A DNA stretch of 64,000 bases. Source: Polyangiales bacterium. Lineage in GTDB: Bacteria > Myxococcota_A > Polyangia > Polyangiales > JADJQN01. Position 1 is the stretch's first letter. Each line of letters starts with the position of its first letter. Both the position numbers and the translations under genes were made by a program. The notes beneath the pieces were generated by a model, which made no database searches, was not told where the DNA came from, and worked only from the letters and a program-made list of their open reading frames with translations. The stretch spans positions 512,001 to 576,000 of the forward strand of contig CAXNJO010000002.1 in NCBI GenBank assembly GCA_964202905.1, in the 5' to 3' direction. Positions 56,892 through 64,000 of this stretch are shown in pieces.

Positions 56892-59800
56892 TCACGGCGG
56901 GGACGGGCTGCCGAGCGCGGTCGCCGCGGCCTCCCGGACGCGCGGCTCCGGATCGCCCGCCGCCGCGTCCCGCAGCGCGCGACCCGCACCGAGGCAGCCC
57001 GCCCCTGCGAGCGCGGTCGCGGCAGCTTCCCGCACGAAGGCGTAGTCATCGACGCGCAGCGCCGCCTCGAGCCCTTCGCATGCCGACGGGGCGCCCGCGA
57101 ACCGCCCGAGCGCCCTCGCGGCGCGTGCGCGCATGGCCCACTCGCCGTCGACCCGCGCGATCCGGGCGACCTCCGCGAGCGCTGCGTCCCCCTCGAGACG
57201 CGACACCACCTCGAGCGCGCTCCGCCTCACCTCCGCCGCATCGTCGAGGAGCGCTGCCGCGACGGTTGCGCGCGCCTCCGCGCCGTCGATGCGCCCGAGC
57301 ACCGCGACAGCCGAGGCACGCACAGCCGCGTCCGGGTGACGCGCGACGCCGAGCAGGTCCGGGAGCACACCTTGCGCGACGAGGGCGAGCGCGGCGTCCG
57401 CCTCACGCTGCGCGGGCGCAGACCACGCGTCGAACCGCGCCGTGAGCGCACCGGCGCCAAGCCGCGCCCCGGGGGCGGTCCCGAGGGCGTCGAGCGCGCC
57501 GCGCACCTGCTCGAGGGGGCCGCTCAGCCCGCCGCGCGCGCCCTCGACGAGCGCATCGACCAGCGCCCCGAGCGCGACCGGCGCGTCCCCGAGCGCCGCA
57601 GAGGCATCCACGACGCGCGCGAGGTACGCCCGCGTGGAGATTGGCAGCGACGGCACCGGCAGCGCCCCCGCGGGCGACGCGCGCCCGCCCGCGAGCGCCG
57701 CCGCCGACGCCCCGCGCGTGGCCGCATCCGCCCCGAAGAGCGCCTGCGCGAGGGCCGCCTGCGCGCGCGGCTCGCGCAGTCCGCCGAGCGCCACGGCCGC
57801 GGACCGCGCCACGAGCCCGGCGGGCGACTGCAGCGCAGCCACGAGCGGCGCGACGCTCTCGGGGCGCGCGAGGCGCCCGAGGGACCACGCGGCGGCGGCC
57901 TTCACGTCGAGGCTCGGATCGCGGGCGAGCAGCGCCTCGAGCCCGTCGCGCGACTCACCATCACGCGCGACGCCGAGACCGATCACGGCGAACGCGCGAA
58001 CGGCCGGGTCTCCATGCGAGGTCAACCCGCGGAGCAGGCCGGACTGGGCACGCGTCGCCGTCGACGCGAGCGCCCACGCTGCCGCATCGCGGAGGCGCGC
58101 CTCGGGCCCCCCTGCGATCGCGGCCAACCGCGAGGCGGCCCCGACGGCGACGGGGCCGAGCGCGCCGACGGCGACGAGCGCGCGGGCGCGGAGGGCGATG
58201 TCGGCCTCCGACTCCGCGAGCGCGAGCAGCGGCCCGAGGGCGTTCGGGTTGCGGGTCTCGGCGAGCAGCGTGACCGCCGCGCCGCGCTGCGTCGGGTCGG
58301 CGTCCGCGAGCGCCTCGAGCAGGGGCTTGAGGGCGCGTGCGCCGATGCGCTCCAGTGCGGTGCGCGCAGCCTCGGCTGCCGGGCCGGGGCGCCGCGCGGC
58401 GACCGCGAGCGGTTCGACGAGCGCCTGGTAGAGCTCGACGACGAGGCGCCGCAGCACCGGCCGCTGCGGGCTCGCGAGCGCGAGCGCGAGCAGCTCGTGC
58501 TCGAGCGACTCGAGGGTCCCCGCGCCGAGGTGAATCTGGATGGACGCGCGCGCAGCCCGCGCGACCAACTCGTCGTCGGGCGAGGCGCGCAACACCCGCC
58601 GATAGAGCGCGTCCGCCTCCGCGGGCCGCCCCGCTGCGAGGTGCAACTCCGCGAGCTCGAAGTAGGTCGGGAAGAGACGGGCGTCGAGCTCGATCGCGCG
58701 ACGGTACGCGGCGACCGCGTGCGTCGGATCCTGCCGGGCACGGAAGAGATCGCCGAGTCGTCGATGCCCCGCGGCGTCGTCCGGGTTGCGCTCCGCGGCC
58801 CGGCGCGCGTACGCGATCGCCTCGTCGTCCCGGTAGAGCGCCAGCGCGTGCTCGGCCATCCGCTGCAGGTACGCCGCGGCCCGACGCGCGTCGGCTTCCA
58901 CGAGCCGCTCGAGCACGGCGAGCGCGCCCGCGAGGTCGCCTCGCGCCGCGCGCAGCCGCTCGAGCGCGACGAGCGACTCGACGTCGCCGGGCGCGAGCGC
59001 GACGAGCCGCTCGAGGATGCGCTCGGCATCGGCATTGCGCGTCGGCGTCGCGCGGAGCCACGCCTCGGCGAGGAACCGCCCCGCCTCGAGATCCGGCGGC
59101 TCGGCGCGGAACGCCCGCTCGAGTTCGGCGAGCCGGCGTGGGAGTTCGCGCGTACGCCCCCAGGCCGCGACGATCCGCTGCCGGGCCTCGCGACGCTCGG
59201 CGCGGTCCGGCGAGGCCGCGAGCACGCGCTCCCACAACTCTGCCGCGCGCGCGCTCTCCCCGAGTCGCTCACGCACGCCCGCGAGCCCGCGCAGCGCGTC
59301 GATGTCCGTCGGCGCGAGACGCAGCGACTCCTCGTACGCGCTCGCCGCGTCAGGCAGAAAATCATGGTCCGCGTACAGCCCGCCGAGCGTCGCGTGCGCG
59401 CGGACCGAATCGGGCTCGACCGTGAGGATCCGCCGCCAGGTCGCGCGCGCCGCGTCGGCGTCGCCCGCCTCGAGCTGCTGCGTTCCGAGCGCCACGAGGT
59501 GCGTCGGGTCGTTCGGCTCGAGACGCGCGAGCAGCGCGACCTCTGCGGCCGCGAGCGCATCTTCCCGCCAGCGCGCGTAGAGTTCGGCGAGGGCGCGGTG
59601 CACGCGGGCTTCACGCGGGTGGCGCCGGCTCGTCTCTGCCGCGAGGCGCCGGGCCTCGTCGCGTCGCCCCTGCTGCACGAGCAATTGTGCAAGCTCGACG
59701 ACGAACCGCGGTTCACCCGGCACGGCGCGGAGCAGCGCGCGGTACTCGGCGATGACCGCGTCGAGCTGCCCGGAGCGCGAAAGCACCTGCACGACCCGGA

Positions 59801-61058
59801 GCCGCGTGTCGACGTCGCGCGGGTTCGCGCCGAGGACGCGGCGGTACGCCACGAGCGCTTCCGCGTCGTGACCGAGCTCATCCTCGATCGCGGCGCGGGC
59901 CGCGATCGCGTCCGTGCGTGCGTCGGCGCGCAAGGTCTCGGCGAGCTCGGGCAGCCTGCCCGCCCGTCGGTACGTGTCCGTGAGCAGCTCGAAGAGCTCA
60001 CGCCGCAGACCGCCCTCCCGCGTCGATCGGAGGGCATCATTCAGAATGGCAAGCGCACGCTCCGGATCGCCCGCGTCACGGTAAGCGCGACCCAGATCGC
60101 GCAAGATCGGCCCGAGCACACGCCCGTCACCGCGCAACCGCCCCCGCACCCGCTCCAGCTCGGCCGCCGCCCGCGAATGCTCGCCCCGCGCTGCGAGCGC
60201 ACGCGCGTATTCCGTCGACAGGAACACGCTCGCGCCCCGCGTCGGCACGAGCGCGTCGTAGTCGGCGCGCGCAGCCTCGAAGTCTCCCGAATCCATCGCG
60301 AGCGTGGCCGACTCGCGCACCAGCTCCTGCCGCGCCGCGTCGGTGCGCGCACGCGCGAGCGCCTCCCGATAGAGCGCGCGCGCCGCCTGCGCATCGCCGT
60401 CGGCCCGGACGAGTGCGGCAAGCGCGGCGAGCGGCTCGTGCGCCTCGGGCCGCAGCGCGCCGGCCTCTCGGTAGAGACGCTGCGCGTCCGCCCCACGCCC
60501 CTGCGCGCGGGCCAGCGCGCCGAGCAGCATCCGCGACGCGTAGCCCGGCGGCTCGGCGGCGATCGCGGCGACGAGCCCGTCGAGCCCGCCGTCGCGCTCG
60601 CGCGCGAGGTCGAAGAGCCGCTGCAACGCGAACGCCGCCGTCGGTTCGGCGTCGAGAACGCGTCGGTAGCGGGCGATCATCGCGTCGCGGCGCGCAGCCT
60701 CGGCGTTCGGGGCAGCAGGCGCGGGGATCGTCGTCGCTTGAACCGACCGCGTCGCCGTGCGCCCATGCCCCGGACTACGCCCCCCCGGGCGGCGCGCCCC
60801 GGGACGCGGCCCGCCGGGACGCGTGATCGACCAATCGTCCTGCGCGCGCGCGTGCTGCTCGAGGACGGGCGCCAGGGCGAGCACGGTCGCGAGCAGCCCG
60901 CCGGCGAGCAGGCCCGGTCCCCGGAAACGCAGCGCCGCATGCCGTGCCCGTCGCTCCCCGCGGAACACGCTCAGGTCCCGACCACAGAGCGCCGGCGCGC
61001 GCCCCTCCGCCCGCGGGTTCGACGCTGTCGGGGCCTCGCCGGGCATCGCCGCGATCAT
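56892..61058 (-). CDS. Large exported TPR + HEAT-repeat protein; start uncertain
   Basis: Signal-like LLAGGLLATVLALA..ARA-Q; many TPR repeats followed by HEAT repeats (VRAAAA.ALG). Confidence 0.85.
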   Translation of the reverse strand: MIAAMPGEAPTASNPRAEGRAPALCGRDLSVFRGERRARHAALRFRGPGLLAGGLLATVLALAPVLEQHARAQDDWSITRPGGPRPGARRPGGRSPGHGRTATRSVQATTIPAPAAPNAEAARRDAMIARYRRVLDAEPTAAFALQRLFDLARERDGGLDGLVAAIAAEPPGYASRMLLGALARAQGRGADAQRLYREAGALRPEAHEPLAALAALVRADGDAQAARALYREALARARTDAARQELVRESATLAMDSGDFEAARADYDALVPTRGASVFLSTEYARALAARGEHSRAAAELERVRGRLRGDGRVLGPILRDLGRAYRDAGDPERALAILNDALRSTREGGLRRELFELLTDTYRRAGRLPELAETLRADARTDAIAARAAIEDELGHDAEALVAYRRVLGANPRDVDTRLRVVQVLSRSGQLDAVIAEYRALLRAVPGEPRFVVELAQLLVQQGRRDEARRLAAETSRRHPREARVHRALAELYARWREDALAAAEVALLARLEPNDPTHLVALGTQQLEAGDADAARATWRRILTVEPDSVRAHATLGGLYADHDFLPDAASAYEESLRLAPTDIDALRGLAGVRERLGESARAAELWERVLAASPDRAERREARQRIVAAWGRTRELPRRLAELERAFRAEPPDLEAGRFLAEAWLRATPTRNADAERILERLVALAPGDVESLVALERLRAARGDLAGALAVLERLVEADARRAAAYLQRMAEHALALYRDDEAIAYARRAAERNPDDAAGHRRLGDLFRARQDPTHAVAAYRRAIELDARLFPTYFELAELHLAAGRPAEADALYRRVLRASPDDELVARAARASIQIHLGAGTLESLEHELLALALASPQRPVLRRLVVELYQALVEPLAVAARRPGPAAEAARTALERIGARALKPLLEALADADPTQRGAAVTLLAETRNPNALGPLLALAESEADIALRARALVAVGALGPVAVGAASRLAAIAGGPEARLRDAAAWALASTATRAQSGLLRGLTSHGDPAVRAFAVIGLGVARDGESRDGLEALLARDPSLDVKAAAAWSLGRLARPESVAPLVAALQSPAGLVARSAAVALGGLREPRAQAALAQALFGADAATRGASAAALAGGRASPAGALPVPSLPISTRAYLARVVDASAALGDAPVALGALVDALVEGARGGLSGPLEQVRGALDALGTAPGARLGAGALTARFDAWSAPAQREADAALALVAQGVLPDLLGVARHPDAAVRASAVAVLGRIDGAEARATVAAALLDDAAEVRRSALEVVSRLEGDAALAEVARIARVDGEWAMRARAARALGRFAGAPSACEGLEAALRVDDYAFVREAAATALAGAGCLGAGRALRDAAAGDPEPRVREAAATALGSPSPP

Positions 61059-61206
61059 GCGGCGCGCATCAGGCAGTGTCGACCGCGCGCGGCGCACGCC
61101 CGCTCCTCCCCGCGAACACGGCGACCACGCGGCCCGCGCTGTCCGACGCCGCCCCGCTCTCCGAGTGCCCGCGCAGCGCGTGGACGCGCCCCTCGCGGCG
61201 TACCGG

Positions 61207-62082
61207 TTAAGGCGTACAGAACGCGGATTCGCAGATCTGCGCAGCGTCGAAACACTCGACGCCGGTCGCGCACGGCGCGGCGCACACGCTCGCGCGGCAG
61301 CTCCCCGGGAAGAGGAAGTCGTCCGGCGTCGCGCCGCGGGGCGCGCAATCCCCGTCGCCCGCGCACGTGCGGCGCTGCAAGGCCGCGAAAAACGTCGTGC
61401 ACGTGCCGATCCGCGGGAGGCAGCGGTTCGACGCGGTGTCGCACGCCGTGCCCTGCGGGCATGAGCCGTCGCTGGCGCAGACCGCGACACAGACTCGCTC
61501 GAGGGGGCTCTCGCGCTGCAGGCACCGCGCGTCGAAGGTGCCGATCGCGCCGCGGCAATCGACGTCGAGCTTGCACGGCGCGCACTGCGCCGGGACGAAC
61601 GCGCGGCACACCCCGAACGCGACGTCGCAGACGGGGGCGGCCAGGCCGCAATCCTCGCTGGTGCGGCACTCGACGCAATCGCCGGTGCGCGGGTAGCAGT
61701 AGGGCGTCAGCGAATCGCTGCAGGTGACGCCCTCGCAGGGGTCGGTCGTCCCGAGATCGCGGGGGCCCATGTCCGGCCGCGGCATCGTGCGCACCACGCA
61801 CGCCCCGCGCCGACACTCCTCACCGGCCGTACACTCGTCGTCCGCCGCGCACCCCTCGTAGCAGCGTCCCTGCAGGCACACCTCGCCGTCGGCGCAGCCG
61901 CTCCCGGGCGCGGTGGTCGCGCCACCATCCGGGTCGGACGCCGCGGGCGTGCACGCGACGCCGAGATCGCGCGGCGTCGCGGGGAAGCGCGGGAGGTCCT
62001 CGCCACAGCCGGATAGGGCGACGAGCGCGGTGGTCGCGAGACCGCAGAACCGAACCGCGACGAGAAGGCGAAGGCGCGTCAT
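61207..62082 (-). CDS. Cys-rich lipoprotein
   Basis: Lipobox LSGC; repeated C-x4-C motifs. Confidence 0.8.
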   Translation of the reverse strand: MTRLRLLVAVRFCGLATTALVALSGCGEDLPRFPATPRDLGVACTPAASDPDGGATTAPGSGCADGEVCLQGRCYEGCAADDECTAGEECRRGACVVRTMPRPDMGPRDLGTTDPCEGVTCSDSLTPYCYPRTGDCVECRTSEDCGLAAPVCDVAFGVCRAFVPAQCAPCKLDVDCRGAIGTFDARCLQRESPLERVCVAVCASDGSCPQGTACDTASNRCLPRIGTCTTFFAALQRRTCAGDGDCAPRGATPDDFLFPGSCRASVCAAPCATGVECFDAAQICESAFCTP

Positions 62083-62150
62083 GGGGCCTGCAATGTACCA
62101 CGACGATCGCCCATTGCGCGGGCGGCCACGCCCGATACCCTACGCCCCCC

Positions 62151-63007
<857 letters not shown>

Positions 63008-63011
<4 letters not shown>

Positions 63012-64000
63012 CCCTGGACCCGTGCGACGCGCTCGCGGCACTTGCGGGCGCGCGCGTGCGACGCATCGATGGGCTCGGCCCGCGCCTGCTCGCGGTCTCG
63101 CTGGACGCCGGGTGCGCGATCGTGGTCGGCACCGCGCGCGGGGCGCGTGGCGTGGGCCTTCTCGGGCGTGCCCCGCGGGGCAGCGTGACCAACGCGCTCA
63201 TGCATGCGCTCCGCGTCCACCTGGGGAACGCCACGCTCACCGACGCGCGGCGTGAAGGCGCCTGCCTGCTGCTCGATTTCACCGGGGAGCAGGGACCCGC
63301 GACGCTCGCCTGCGTGTTCGATGGAGCCATGGGCGCGCTCGTCCTCTGCGACGCGGGCGCCCGCGTGCTCCAGTCCTCGAACGCCGGAGGCCCACCGCGG
63401 TCGGCGCCGTGTTCGAGCCGCCCGAGGCGCGTCGCCCGCTCCTCCTCGCGGACACGCTGGACGCCCTCGAGGCCGCCGGCGCTGCACTCCTCGCGTCACA
63501 CGCCGCGGCGGAGGTCGAGGCGCGTCGACGGGCGGTCACGCAGGCGATCCACCGCGCCCACGCGCGCGCCGAGCGGAGACTCGCCGCGATCGCGAAGGAT
63601 CTCTCCGCGAGCGCCGAGGCCGCCACGCTCCGGCACCGCGCCTCGCTCGTGTTGGCGTGCGCCCACGCCACGCCGCGCGACGCCGCCGAGATGCGCGTGC
63701 TCGACGAATCGGGCGATCCCCCGGCCGAACACATCGTCGCGCTTGCCCCGCAGCCGGGGGGAGTCACGGGCCCCCGCGCCGCGGTCGCGGCCGCCGAGGC
63801 GCTCTTCACGCGTGCCCGCAAGCTTGACACCGCCGCGCGCATCGCCGCCGACCGCCGCGACGCGACGACGCGCGCCCTCTCCGCCCTCGCCACCCTCATG
63901 GCCCGCGCCGAGGCGATGCCGGACATCGGCGCGTTGCGGGTGCTCTCGGAGGAGGCGCACGCCCTCGGCGTACCGGGTGCCCGCGCCGCGCTCTCAGGCC
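63008..64000 (+). CDS. NFACT/RqcH (FbpA)-like protein, 5' part, apparent frameshift at ~63391; runs off the window
   Basis: Own translation: LAGARARRID...LRVHLGNATL...GALVLCD, then in the shifted frame ERRLAAIAKDL...AEALFTRARKL; probable CTG start overlapping the upstream TGA. Confidence 0.6.

Noticed and set aside
56883..61727. 1614-aa plus-strand ORF (and similar long ORFs such as 31965-34628 and 30373-31746)
   Set aside because: Antisense shadows of real genes, expected at this GC content.

Overview
Very GC-rich bacterial DNA, most likely Myxococcota (Polyangia/Sandaracinaceae-like). This is inferred from a TIGR04563-type small protein, paired zinc-ribbon/FHA genes, Cys-rich lipoproteins and a split nuo operon. 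Positions 1-~12,820 are an accessory island abutting a minus-strand tRNA-Asn(GTT) at 12780-12855. The island holds an IS3 end, a DUF6036 nucleotidyltransferase/HTH pair, a frameshifted Fic gene, a large serine recombinase, an AbiE-like type IV TA pair, and a four-gene operon (DUF1016 nuclease, conserved helical protein, P-loop NTPase, pseudo-Fic/wHTH). The strongest signal is that the ~310-bp sequence downstream of the tRNA is repeated 5.2 kb away, attached to a decayed 3' half of tRNA-Asn. This defines an integrase-less 5.2-kb cassette stacked in tandem at the tRNA anticodon loop. A third, inverted anticodon-like site lies at ~590-626. The rest is core-like genome: PPIase, glgA-like, yajQ, tsaB, miaE, lepB, radical SAM, a sarcosine/proline-oxidase-like operon, fabH, nuoEF-JKLMN (NuoL has a ~300-aa extra C-terminal region), membrane proteins with a two-component system, mlaF/mlaD, S41 protease, FHA and TPR/HEAT proteins, and a partial NFACT gene. 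Several single-base frameshifts may be assembly errors. All family calls come from motif recognition by eye, not database searches.
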